Positions 37,762 to 47,155 are shown, counted from the stretch's first letter. The stretch is 64,000 bases of DNA from Edaphocola sp. (GCA_035444785.1 DAOMPL010000005.1:34289-98288); one strand, 5' to 3'. Translations and numbers: made by a program. The notes: generated by a model from the letters alone, not told the origin.

Positions 37762-39957
37762 CTATTTCATAAACAACATTTCTCTATATTTTGGCATAGG
37801 CCAAATTTTATCATCAACAAATAATTCCAATTTGTCCACATGATGTCTAATTTTTTCAAACTTCACTTTAATCTTATTGCAATAAATATCGGCTCTTTTT
37901 CTCATATCCTCTACCTTATTGGCTTTCTTCCTTTCTTCAATCATGGCAACCACATTATCGTTAATTTCTTGAATATGTTTACTCAAAATAGCCACAATTC
38001 TTAACTGAGCTGCATAATGACTTTCGTCTAAACCTAAATCTTTTAATCCTTTAATATTTTTTATTAGGCTGTTTTGGTATTGAATAGCTACCGGTAAAAT
38101 ATGGTTGGTAGTCAAATATCCTAATACTCTGGATTCAATTTGAACTCTTTTCACATAATCTTCTAACACAATTTCATAACGAGCTTCCAACTCTCTTTTA
38201 GAGTAGATTCCCATACTTTCAAACATGTCCAAAGTTTCCGGACGAATTAAAACGTCTAAGGCTTCCGGCGTAGTTTTATAATTACCTAATCCCCTTTTAG
38301 CCGCTTCTTCTTCCCACTCTTTACTGTAATTATCACCTTCAAAAAGAATGTTTTTACTTTTCTTAATATAGCTTCTCAATACTTGCAAAATAGCTATTTC
38401 TTTCTTTTCGCCCTCTTTAATTTTCTCATCTACCTCCTCTTTAAATTCGATAAGGGTTTTAGCCATAATCGTATTCAAAGTACTCATAGGAGAACCACAG
38501 TTTGCAGAGGATCCAACGGCTCTAAACTCAAACTTATTACCGGTAAAGGCAAAAGGACTGGTACGGTTTCTATCCGTATTATCCAATAACAATTCCGGAA
38601 TATGTTTATGAATATCCATTTTCAGGGTAATTTCATCTTGCTCTGTAAAGTCAGCATTCACACGTTCCTTGATTTCATCCAAAACTTTGGTCAAATAATC
38701 TCCAATAAAAACAGAAATTATTGCCGGTGGTGCTTCATTGGCACCCAAACGATGATCGTTACCCTCGGAGGCAATGGCGGCTCTTAAAATATCTGCATTA
38801 TCATGCACTGCCTTGATAACATTCACAAAGAAGGTCAAAAACAATAAATTGGTTCTTGGTGTTTTGCCAGGAGCCAATAGGTTCACACCGGTATTGGTGG
38901 ACAAACTCCAGTTATTATGCTTACCACTTCCATTCACTCCCGCAAAAGGCTTCTCATGGAAAAGCACTTTTAATTTATGTCGTTTTGCCACTCTGGTCAT
39001 TACATCCATTAATAAGGAATTATGATCAACAGCAATATTCACATCTTCAAAAATAGGAGCTACTTCAAACTGCCCTGGAGCAACTTCATTATGACGGGTA
39101 CGCAATGGAATACCTAATTTATAAGACTCTTGCTCAAAATCTTGCATGTAGGCAAAAACCCTTTCAGGTATAGTACCAAAATAATGGTCTTCCAATTGCT
39201 GCCCTTTTGCCGGTGCATGACCCACTAAGGCTCTTCCACATTGAACAATATCCGGACGGGCATCTGCCAAGGCTTCATCTATTAAAAAGAATTCTTGTTC
39301 CCAACCTAAGGTAATGGTAACTTTATTGATATTTTTATCAAAATAATTACACACATCCACTGCTGCCTTATCCAACAAAGCTACAGATTTCAACAAAGGA
39401 GCTTTGAAATCTAAAGCCTCACCATTATAAGCTACAAAAATAGTAGGGATACAAAGGGTTTTACCTTTTGCTGTTTCCATAATAAATGGAGGTGAAGCAG
39501 GATCCCAAGCGGTATAACCTCTGGCTTCGAAAGTAGCTCTAATACCACCATTCGGAAAACTTGAAGCATCCGGTTCTTGCTGAATTAAGGCATCTCCATC
39601 AAAACTTTCTAATGGTGTTCCATCACTTTTTAAGGTAAAGAAAGAATCGTGCTTTTCGGCAGTAGTTCCTGTTAAAGGCTGAAACCAGTGAGAATAGTGC
39701 GTTACACCCAAACCCATTGCCCATGCTTTCATTCCTGAAGCAATCTGATCGGCTACTCTTCTGTCCATTTTCTTACCAGACTTGACAGTCTCTTGCCAGC
39801 TTTTATAGCCTTCGTCGCTGATATACTCCCGAACTTTATTGCCATTAAAAACATTACAGGCAAAAAATTCAGTAATTCGCTTCCCACTGTAATCCTGTAC
39901 CATTTTTTCGGTATGGCTGTGCACCTCATCCAAGGTAACAAATCTATTAAAACTCAT
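37762..39957 (-). CDS. glnN: Glutamine synthetase type III
   Basis: 731 aa, the characteristic GSIII length. HYSHWFQPLTG, NGSGKHNNWS and RLGANEAPPAIIS motifs. Confidence 0.9.
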   Translation of the reverse strand: MSFNRFVTLDEVHSHTEKMVQDYSGKRITEFFACNVFNGNKVREYISDEGYKSWQETVKSGKKMDRRVADQIASGMKAWAMGLGVTHYSHWFQPLTGTTAEKHDSFFTLKSDGTPLESFDGDALIQQEPDASSFPNGGIRATFEARGYTAWDPASPPFIMETAKGKTLCIPTIFVAYNGEALDFKAPLLKSVALLDKAAVDVCNYFDKNINKVTITLGWEQEFFLIDEALADARPDIVQCGRALVGHAPAKGQQLEDHYFGTIPERVFAYMQDFEQESYKLGIPLRTRHNEVAPGQFEVAPIFEDVNIAVDHNSLLMDVMTRVAKRHKLKVLFHEKPFAGVNGSGKHNNWSLSTNTGVNLLAPGKTPRTNLLFLTFFVNVIKAVHDNADILRAAIASEGNDHRLGANEAPPAIISVFIGDYLTKVLDEIKERVNADFTEQDEITLKMDIHKHIPELLLDNTDRNRTSPFAFTGNKFEFRAVGSSANCGSPMSTLNTIMAKTLIEFKEEVDEKIKEGEKKEIAILQVLRSYIKKSKNILFEGDNYSKEWEEEAAKRGLGNYKTTPEALDVLIRPETLDMFESMGIYSKRELEARYEIVLEDYVKRVQIESRVLGYLTTNHILPVAIQYQNSLIKNIKGLKDLGLDESHYAAQLRIVAILSKHIQEINDNVVAMIEERKKANKVEDMRKRADIYCNKIKVKFEKIRHHVDKLELFVDDKIWPMPKYREMLFMK

Positions 39958-40165
39958 ATTTGCTAATTTAAAATTTTATATTTTACAAACCACAACCCCC
40001 AAAAACGAAGATTTTATTTTGCAAAATTAATTTTTTTTTTAAAAAATCAAATATTTTTTCTAATTTTCTTAAATATTTTTTACATTAATATTTTTATAAT
40101 ATAAAATACAAAATTGAAACTTTCTTTCAACATTCAAACCAAAAGCAAGAAGCAATCCTCTAAAT

Positions 40166-40206
40166 AAAAAAATCCATCCTCATTTTAAATACAAATAAGG
40201 ATGGAT
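40166..40206 (-). terminator. Rho-independent terminator of the SPFH-Arc operon
   Basis: 9-bp stem ATCCATCCT / AGGATGGAT, followed on the minus strand by TTTTTTT. Confidence 0.6.
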
Positions 40207-40220
40207 ACCAAGACATATTT

Positions 40221-40406
40221 CTAATTTTCACTTTCTGATGGCTGATCTTTTTTTGACAGTGACTCTCGTTTATGCTCTTTCAATGCTTTAGTCAACAAAA
40301 ACTCCACTTGCCCATTTATACTCCTAAATTCATCGGCAGCCCATCGCTCCAAAGCCTTAAACAGCTCTGCATCCATACGCAACATAAAACTTTTTTTCTC
40401 TGCCAT
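40221..40406 (-). CDS. Arc/MetJ-type ribbon-helix-helix DNA-binding protein
   Basis: Start at MAEKKSFMLRMDAELFKALERWAADEFRSINGQVEFLL (ATG 40406), an RHH pattern. Lies 8 nt downstream of the SPFH stop. Confidence 0.55.
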   Translation of the reverse strand: MAEKKSFMLRMDAELFKALERWAADEFRSINGQVEFLLTKALKEHKRESLSKKDQPSESEN

Positions 40407-40414
40407 GACTTCTC

Positions 40415-41293
40415 TTATTGATACAAAGTGCCGGTATTCACTACTGGTGATGGTGATTTTTCGGCACATAAAACCACCATTAAATTACTGACCATAGTTG
40501 CCTTTTTCTCACTATCCAACTCCACCAACTTTTTTTCACTCAACTTTTCCAATGCCAATTCAACCATACCCACAGCACCCTCAACTATTTTCATCCTCGC
40601 CGCAACTATTGCAGTAGCTTGCTGTCTTTGCAACATGGCACCAGCAATCTCCGGAGCATAAGCCAGATGGCTAATTCGGGCTTCTACAATTTCAACCCCG
40701 GCCTGAGCAAGCCTTTCAGTTAATTCTTTTTCAAGAATATGATTCACCTCGTCCCCTCCTTCTCTTAAAGTAATTTCGGCATTTTCATCCTCTAAATTAT
40801 CATAAGGAAAGCTTCCTGCCAAATGCCTTACCGCTGCTTCGCTCTGAATCTTTACAAAAGACATATAGCTGCTCACTTCATAAGCTGCTTTATACGTATC
40901 CTTCACCTGCCATACTATTACGGTTCCTATTTCAATAGGATTCCCCATCTTATCATTCACCTTTAAAATATCACCATGCAAATTATCTGCCCTTAAACTG
41001 ATTTTTATTGTAGTATATAATGGATTAACAAAAAACAAACCATTTTCTTTTACGGTACCTACATATTTTCCAAAGAAATTCATCACTCTGGAATGATTAG
41101 GTTCTACGATAATCAAGCCTTTTAAAATAAAAAATGCAACAAAAAACAGCAAGATGACCATAAATACACTCCAACCGGAAGGTGCAATGGGCGAACTCAC
41201 AATTTGGGTAATATTATAAATGGCATAGCCAATTATTCCTAGTACCAACAACAAGGCCAAATAGCCGGACATGGGATTTTTAATCTTTTCCAT
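40415..41293 (-). CDS. SPFH/band 7 domain membrane protein
   Basis: 292 aa with two N-terminal TM helices, then an SPFH core (IVEPNHSRV...TVIVWQVKD...RQQATAIVAAR). Confidence 0.85.
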   Translation of the reverse strand: MEKIKNPMSGYLALLLVLGIIGYAIYNITQIVSSPIAPSGWSVFMVILLFFVAFFILKGLIIVEPNHSRVMNFFGKYVGTVKENGLFFVNPLYTTIKISLRADNLHGDILKVNDKMGNPIEIGTVIVWQVKDTYKAAYEVSSYMSFVKIQSEAAVRHLAGSFPYDNLEDENAEITLREGGDEVNHILEKELTERLAQAGVEIVEARISHLAYAPEIAGAMLQRQQATAIVAARMKIVEGAVGMVELALEKLSEKKLVELDSEKKATMVSNLMVVLCAEKSPSPVVNTGTLYQ

Positions 41294-41412
41294 AATTACT
41301 TAATTTTATCATTATGATATCAAAATTATATCAAATTAATAAAAGTACCAAATATTTTAGTAAAATATTTTGAAATCAAATCAATATTTGTTTCTCAGAA
41401 AGCTCTAATTAT

Positions 41413-41446
41413 GGGTTGGTGAGGACACCCAACCCAATGGGGAAAA
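41413..41446 (+). repeat. Dispersed ~33-nt repeat, copy 1 (GGGTTGGTGAGGACACCCAACCCAATGGGGAAAA)
   Basis: Aligns with copies at 41524-41554 and 48245-48277. Contains the internal palindrome GGTTGG-N10-CCAACC. Confidence 0.55.
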
Positions 41447-41447
41447 T

Positions 41448-41496
41448 AAAAAAAAGTCATCCCAAAGCCAAATGCTGTACATGGCTTTGAGATGAC
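41448..41496 (-). terminator. Rho-independent terminator of the 41611..42729 gene
   Basis: GTCATC-C-CAAAGCCA / TGGCTTTG-A-GATGAC hairpin (41456-41496), followed on the minus strand by TTTTTTTT. Confidence 0.65.
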
Positions 41497-41523
41497 TCAT
41501 GCACCCCAACAAAATACCAGACC

Positions 41524-41554
41524 TGATTGGTAAGAACGCCAACCACAGGGAAAA
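41524..41554 (+). repeat. Dispersed ~33-nt repeat, copy 2 (TGATTGGTAAGAACGCCAACCACAGGGAAAA)
   Basis: Same orientation as copy 1 and 110 nt away. Together they flank the terminator hairpin. Confidence 0.5.
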
Positions 41555-41610
41555 CTGAACATTTAAATATTTCAGAATTTCAAATAAACTCCAATATTAC
41601 TATCAAATTT

Positions 41611-42729
41611 TTAATAGCTAAAAGAATGACTTACAGCCCAATATTGCAACAAATACAATTGTAAGCCCAAACATACGGCATACAAATAATACTTACTCTT
41701 TGGTAATTTCAAACCCATTGCAGCAATCAAAATAAACAGAGGAAACAACACCGTTATATACCTCGTCATCGAAATTACACTGCCGGCGGTCAGCGGCAAA
41801 AGCAAGTTGAGCCAGATAAAAACATTCAAACTTAATGGCAATTTCTTGATGGTATAAATAGCAAATAATATGGTCAGGCAAACATAAATACTATTAAAAG
41901 TATTGGTAAAATCACCATTTCTAAATAACGAAAGTAAAGGAAAAGTGGTCTTTTTGCCCCAACCTGTTTGTGCAATACTGAAAGCATTAAAATATCCGGT
42001 TTCAAAATGTTGATACAACAAGAATCCGCCAAAAACCAAAACTGCAGGCAACAAAAACAGACTTCTTTTTATCAAAGAAACCCACTGTATCGATTTAAAA
42101 CTAAAGCCACTTTGTTCTAACCCATACAGCCAAATGGGCAGTAGGCAAACTAAACCATTTGGACGAACCAAAACTAACACTGATGTAGCCAAAACACTGA
42201 CCCACAACTTTTTTTCGGCTATACCAATAAATGCCAATAAGAGCATAAGCAAAAACATGGCCTCAGTATAGAACATAGAATAATGGTAATGAAATGGACT
42301 CACAATAAACAACAGTGCAATCCAAAATGCCTTATCCACATCTTTCAAAAAGATTAGGGTAAATTTATAAAATGCTATGAAACATGCCGTAGAAGTAATC
42401 AGACTAAAAACAAAAGCACTTTGCAAGTAAGAAATAGAAAAGACAGACATTAATAGTTTTATGCTTAATGGATATGCCGGAAAAAATGCCCAATTACTTT
42501 GCTTCCAATAATCAGGATAAATTTTACCCAAATCATCAATATTTTTAATAATATCATACCCATCCTCTGCCACAGACCTATACCAACCGCTATCATTTCT
42601 AAAAAAAACTTCTAAAAAACTCAACTGCTCTATCGAATTACTTTTGCTAAAGGCCAAAACAATAAAAACATAGAGCACCTTTATGACTAATGATGATAGT
42701 ATTAATATTAAAATATGCTTTCTTTTCAT
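41611..42729 (-). CDS. Polytopic membrane glycosyltransferase-like protein (PIG-V/GT-C mannosyltransferase-like)
   Basis: 372 aa with about 10 TM segments. The N-terminal loop FRNDSGWYRSVAEDGYD...WAFFPAYPL is typical of PIG-V-like mannosyltransferase family proteins. Confidence 0.5.
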   Translation of the reverse strand: MKRKHILILILSSLVIKVLYVFIVLAFSKSNSIEQLSFLEVFFRNDSGWYRSVAEDGYDIIKNIDDLGKIYPDYWKQSNWAFFPAYPLSIKLLMSVFSISYLQSAFVFSLITSTACFIAFYKFTLIFLKDVDKAFWIALLFIVSPFHYHYSMFYTEAMFLLMLLLAFIGIAEKKLWVSVLATSVLVLVRPNGLVCLLPIWLYGLEQSGFSFKSIQWVSLIKRSLFLLPAVLVFGGFLLYQHFETGYFNAFSIAQTGWGKKTTFPLLSLFRNGDFTNTFNSIYVCLTILFAIYTIKKLPLSLNVFIWLNLLLPLTAGSVISMTRYITVLFPLFILIAAMGLKLPKSKYYLYAVCLGLQLYLLQYWAVSHSFSY

Positions 42730-42930
42730 GTTTTTTATTTATCGAATATTTTTTTATTTCAAGATATCAAAAGAAACGAAAATCCACTCACAAGAACCAA
42801 AAGCAAATACTGTACTTAAGCTCAGGCAAGGTAATTTTCTCATAAGAAGCGACCTATTCAAGCATTACTATTGAAAAGAATAGTTCGTTTTCTAATTGGG
42901 CAAAGATACCTCATACAGAATACATTAACA

Positions 42931-42967
42931 TAAAAAAATTGGAATAGATATTTCACCTATTCCAATT
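42931..42967 (-). terminator. Rho-independent terminator of tsf
   Basis: Perfect 11-bp stem AATTGGAATAG / CTATTCCAATT, followed on the minus strand by a T-run. Confidence 0.65.
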
Positions 42968-42990
42968 TCTATTTTAATTTTTTGTCTAAA

Positions 42991-43830
42991 TTATCCTAAA
43001 GCTACGCGGCAGAATGCTGTAGCCACCATACCTTTTTCAGATTTATCTAAATATTGAGCAATTGTAATGCTGTTATCTTTTACAAATGCTTGGTTCACCA
43101 ATGTGTTTTCTTTAAAGAATTTATTGATTTTACCAGCAGCAATTTTTTCAGCCATATCAGCAGGTTTACCTTCTGCAACTATTTGCTCGATTGCAATAGC
43201 TTTCTCACGCTCAACAGTTTCTGGAGCAATAGAACTTTCATCCAATGCCAATGGATTCATAGCTGCAATTTGCATGGCAACGTCACGTCCGGCTTCGATT
43301 ACGGTATCATTCTTTGCCTTGTTAAAACCTACTAATACTCCAATACGGAAATTACCATGAACATAAGGAACAACTGTTTCTGCATTTATAGTTTCTAAAC
43401 GAGCGATATCGATTTTTTCACCAATTTTTGCAACCATTTCCAATAATTTTTCACCTACAGTAGCATCTGCCATTGGTAAAGCTTTTAAAGCATCAATAGT
43501 ATTAGCTTGATTGTCTAAAGCAATTTTAGCAACTTCGTTGGAAAAATCGATAAATTCTTGGTTTTTAGATACGAAATCAGTCTCTGCGGAGATGTGCAAA
43601 GCAACACCATAAGTATTTTCAGGATTAGCCAAAGCAACAGCCACACCTTCTTTAGCATCACGATCGCTACGGTTAGCAGCTACTTTTTGTCCTTTTGCTC
43701 TTAAATAGTCAATAGCTTTTTCAAAATCGCCACCGCTTTCCATTAAAGCTTTACGGCAATCCATCATTCCGGCACCAGTTACTTGGCGCAATTTGTTTAC
43801 ATCAGCAGCAGAAATACTTATAGTACTCAT
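42991..43830 (-). CDS. tsf: Translation elongation factor Ts
   Basis: 279 aa. ISAADVNKLRQVTGAGMMDCRKAL UBA-like N-terminus and AETDFVSKNQEF. Confidence 0.95.
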   Translation of the reverse strand: MSTISISAADVNKLRQVTGAGMMDCRKALMESGGDFEKAIDYLRAKGQKVAANRSDRDAKEGVAVALANPENTYGVALHISAETDFVSKNQEFIDFSNEVAKIALDNQANTIDALKALPMADATVGEKLLEMVAKIGEKIDIARLETINAETVVPYVHGNFRIGVLVGFNKAKNDTVIEAGRDVAMQIAAMNPLALDESSIAPETVEREKAIAIEQIVAEGKPADMAEKIAAGKINKFFKENTLVNQAFVKDNSITIAQYLDKSEKGMVATAFCRVALG

Positions 43831-44094
43831 TTTCTAAAATTATTTAATTGTTTTAATATAAATTATTATATATTTTTCTAAAAAGAAAGTGCAAAATTAC
43901 GATATTTTTTCGAATAACAACTTTTTATTTAACCTATATATAAAAATTAGCAATTCATTTAACATTTGCTCTATTAACTATATATTTACGCAATCAAACG
44001 AATGATATATTTAACTTATTTCAAATTTCCACATTGAAATAAGGAAAAATACTAATATTAAAACTATCTTTGCCAACTTTAATAAATCTTAAAA

Positions 44095-45627
44095 ATGGCA
44101 CAAAGAAACAAACAAGACGTATTGGCTTATTTAGCTAAGGCAGAAGTGGCTGCCATAGGCACTTCCGACATGGGTTCTCCCAGACAAAGAATGATGCATT
44201 ATGGGTTTGACGAGGATTTCAATATCTATGTCAGTAGTATGAAGGGCGACCCTAAGGTAATACAATGGAGCAATATACCTCAAACAGCTTTGTTAATCCA
44301 CCAGGGCAGCACTTTTATGGAAATGGAAGAAGCCGAAATTATTGGAAGAGCCGAAATCATCCATGATAAGAAGGAAAGAGATCGAGCCATGGAAATTATG
44401 AGCACCCGCTCTCCTATTGTTGCCAATTTTATTCAAATTGGTGCCACAGATAGATTAGAGTTTATCCGTATCCGTCCTTATACCGTAAAATACCGTTTTG
44501 TACCTGAAATCTTACAAGGAGAAAAGCCCACAATATTTGAGTTTGCCGAGAACAAAGCCAGCTATAGCTCTTGGGAAGAGATTAAAGCAAAAGCACGTGC
44601 TTGGAAATTGGCAGTAAGGCCACTTTCGTTAACAGCATCGGTGATACCGGTATTAGTAGGTGGCATCGTTGCATTTACTACCTTGCAGCACTTTAGCATT
44701 GGTCTGTTTTTACTCACATTATTGGGCGCAGTAATGATACAGGCAGGCACCAATATGATAAATGACTGGAAAGATGCCGACAGAGACAATCAAAATGTAG
44801 AAGGCATTCGTCCATTTACTGGTGGTTCCAGAATGATACAGTTAGGCTTAATCTCTAAAGGAGACATGGGCTTCATGGGTATCGTTTTGAGTATTTTTGC
44901 TTTGATGATAGGTATTTATTTAACGGTGGTGAGTGGCTGGGGACTACTGCCATTAGTGGGTTACGGTTTACTTGCCGGAGTTTTTTACACTAGTGAAAAA
45001 GGAAAGTTTTCATTTATCAATATGGCTCCAGGCGTGGCAGAATTTTTGATTGCCACTACTTTTGGAGTGATGATGACCATAGGAACATTTTATGTGCAGT
45101 CCGGATTTTATTCTTTACAAATATTATTCATTTCTCTTCCTATTGCTTTGCTGATAGCAAATGTTTTAATTGTTAATCAGTTTCAAGATGCTACCTCTGA
45201 TTCCGATACTGAGAAAAATACTTTAGTGGTAAGAATAGGTAAAAAAGCTACTAAAAATGTATTGATAGCCAGTTTTATTTTGGCTTATGCCATTATTGCA
45301 GCTTTACCAATTATGGGTTATGCTCCATATACTTTATATGTAGCCTTTTTATCTTTACCATTCGTAGTTCAGGCTATTCGATATGCACAATTAAATTATG
45401 ACAAAACCGCTGTGGACTTGATTCCGAGCAATGCCCATACGGCAATAGCCCATTTGTTTACCGGTTTATTATTGGTATTTGCATTCTTGTTAAATGGCTT
45501 CGGTTATATCATTCCGGCAGTATTTTTCATTGCTGCTGTATTATTGGTAGTTTGGGTTTGGAATTATATTGAACACCAAAGAAAATCGATGAATAATTTC
45601 CGTTTGGCAATGAAGCAAAACGGATAA
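44095..45627 (+). CDS. Fusion protein: PNPOx-like split-barrel domain (about 165 aa) plus UbiA-family prenyltransferase (MenA-like)
   Basis: 510 aa. The N-terminus (VAAIGTSDMGSPRQRMMHYGF...IRIRPYTVKYRF) resembles the pyridoxamine 5'-phosphate oxidase family. The C-terminus has about 8 TM segments with NMINDWKDADRD and FQDATSDSDTEKNTLVVRIG, the two Asp-rich UbiA/MenA motifs. Confidence 0.75.
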   Translation: MAQRNKQDVLAYLAKAEVAAIGTSDMGSPRQRMMHYGFDEDFNIYVSSMKGDPKVIQWSNIPQTALLIHQGSTFMEMEEAEIIGRAEIIHDKKERDRAMEIMSTRSPIVANFIQIGATDRLEFIRIRPYTVKYRFVPEILQGEKPTIFEFAENKASYSSWEEIKAKARAWKLAVRPLSLTASVIPVLVGGIVAFTTLQHFSIGLFLLTLLGAVMIQAGTNMINDWKDADRDNQNVEGIRPFTGGSRMIQLGLISKGDMGFMGIVLSIFALMIGIYLTVVSGWGLLPLVGYGLLAGVFYTSEKGKFSFINMAPGVAEFLIATTFGVMMTIGTFYVQSGFYSLQILFISLPIALLIANVLIVNQFQDATSDSDTEKNTLVVRIGKKATKNVLIASFILAYAIIAALPIMGYAPYTLYVAFLSLPFVVQAIRYAQLNYDKTAVDLIPSNAHTAIAHLFTGLLLVFAFLLNGFGYIIPAVFFIAAVLLVVWVWNYIEHQRKSMNNFRLAMKQNG

Positions 45628-45644
45628 AAATAATAAAAAAGCAA

Positions 45645-45680
45645 AAGACCGAAATACGATAAGATTTCGGTCTTTTTTTT
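45645..45680 (+). terminator. Rho-independent terminator of the PNPOx-UbiA gene
   Basis: Perfect 11-bp stem AAGACCGAAAT / ATTTCGGTCTT, followed by TTTTTTTT. Confidence 0.75.
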
Positions 45681-45812
45681 AAGTATAGTTTAGGAGGAGC
45701 TGTTAAGAAACCAGGAAGCAATGTATTCTTCTCTTTTCGATGCCCAAATCAATTATAGACATTCCAAATTTGTTTTTTGTTTTTTATTTCTTTTTTATAT
45801 CATTTTAAGAAA

Positions 45813-46256
45813 TTAAGGTTCATTAAAAACACCATCAACCCAAATACTATCCAAAGGGTTTTTAAAATTAACCATACGAACTGAATCTACTTTGAATTGA
45901 GCTTTTCCATTTTGCTCGCTTGCTCTTACCTTTGCCGTGTTATTACTCGTTACTAAATAGCAAACAGTGTCAAAACAAATACCCAACCCTGCATAATCAG
46001 GGTTCTGGGTGTAAAAATATGCTAAAGGATATTCTCCGTTTTTGGGAAATTCACCAATACTAAAGCTAATAGTAAAACTATTTTTCTCCTGACAACTAAT
46101 ATAGCATACTGGTTTCATATAACCTTCTTCGGCTGTTACATTATTCGAGCTATATTCCACTCCATTTACTTTCCAGTAGGAGTATTGCTTTTTATTTTTT
46201 TTGCCACAAGAGGCTAAAAGGATAATAGCCACTGCGGTAATAATAATTTTGTACAT
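45813..46256 (-). CDS. Small lipoprotein, tandem paralog A
   Basis: 147 aa with lipobox LLASCG. The first ~39 codons are nearly identical to the neighbour at 46269..46715. Both end in ...NEP. Confidence 0.6.
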   Translation of the reverse strand: MYKIIITAVAIILLASCGKKNKKQYSYWKVNGVEYSSNNVTAEEGYMKPVCYISCQEKNSFTISFSIGEFPKNGEYPLAYFYTQNPDYAGLGICFDTVCYLVTSNNTAKVRASEQNGKAQFKVDSVRMVNFKNPLDSIWVDGVFNEP

Positions 46257-46268
46257 AAAAGTATATTA

Positions 46269-46715
46269 TTAGGGTTCATTTAATACGGCTTCTATTAACA
46301 CACTATCATTTTGGTCATCATTATTAAAATACCAAGTTGGCGGTAGCTTTATTTGAGATTTACCATTTAGGAAATCCGCCTCAATGTAATTCATACTTAA
46401 TTCTGAAACTCTATACCATTTCGAATTAATTCCAAAACTTAATATACATTTATTGTATTCCTGAAATGCATTTGTCTTAACTAGTAAAAATCTACCTTCT
46501 TTTGGCAAAGCTGGTAAATAAAATTCTAAAAAAACTCGACCATATTTACTATCTAACGAAAACTGAACTATATCACGATTATTTGTTTCTAAGGAACAAT
46601 TATTAGAGCTATATTCCACTCCATTTACTTTCCAGTAGGAGTATTGCTTTTTATTCTTTTTACCACAAGAGGTTAAAAGAATAATAGTTATTGCGGTAAT
46701 AATAATTTTGTACAT
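46269..46715 (-). CDS. Small lipoprotein, tandem paralog B
   Basis: 148 aa with lipobox LLTSCG. Shares MYKIIITA..IILL.SCGKKNKKQYSYWKVNGVEYSSNN with paralog A. The remainder is strongly diverged. Confidence 0.6.
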   Translation of the reverse strand: MYKIIITAITIILLTSCGKKNKKQYSYWKVNGVEYSSNNCSLETNNRDIVQFSLDSKYGRVFLEFYLPALPKEGRFLLVKTNAFQEYNKCILSFGINSKWYRVSELSMNYIEADFLNGKSQIKLPPTWYFNNDDQNDSVLIEAVLNEP

Positions 46716-46940
46716 AAAAAAATTTTAAAGTCTATCAAAAAATCGCAACAGTATAATTTTGGCATAGGTGTTATTATTAATTTTTATTTACATGTTCTTC
46801 CATTACCCTAAACTTAAATTCGATTTTATTGTTTTGTTTTTTGATTTTCAGATAATGGATGGTTTCCTTGCCCTTTCCATGAATTTTGTTCATTAAATCA
46901 TATTTTTCAAAAAAACATTTTGTTAAACATTCAATTGAAT

Positions 46941-47030
46941 ACAAATATAAATCAAATAAAATCTCCAAATTTATTATGTTCTAAAAAAGTTGAAAATTTT
47001 ATAAATTTATGTTGCCATTCTTTTTTGGGT
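46941..47030. repeat. Direct repeat DR1: degenerate copy of the 3' end and downstream flank of the DCC-family gene
   Basis: The core AAATTTATGTTGCCATTCTTTTTTGGGT (47003-47030) matches 48458-48485 at 25/28 positions. On the minus strand it encodes LPKKEWQHKF, identical to residues 123-132 of the 133-aa DCC-family protein (all but its final Leu). The flank aligns with indels. Confidence 0.6.
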
Positions 47031-47155
47031 AAAGTAGATTTATCAATCCAGATTGATTAAAATAGCTACCAAAGAAGAGATTCCTTGATGCAGCTCAAAG
47101 TTAAAGATGGAATACCTACTTCATCATTACGAGCCGAAGGCGAAGCAATCCAGAA

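Noticed and set aside
42683-42874. 63-aa + ORF in the region upstream of the membrane glycosyltransferase gene.
   Set aside because: It overlaps the 5' end of the minus-strand gene and its promoter region, has a low-complexity sequence, and lacks supporting signals.
42991-43830. tsf stands alone without the usual upstream rpsB, and sucC has no adjacent sucD.
   Set aside because: These are real observations but are only synteny breaks of core genes. Nothing in the sequence suggests a functional novelty.
46777-46968. 63-aa minus-strand ORF between lipoprotein paralog B and direct repeat DR1.
   Set aside because: It has no signal peptide, no motif and no recognisable promoter box, and its 5' end overlaps direct repeat DR1 (46941-47030). 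It is most likely non-coding debris. A relic of something larger cannot be excluded.
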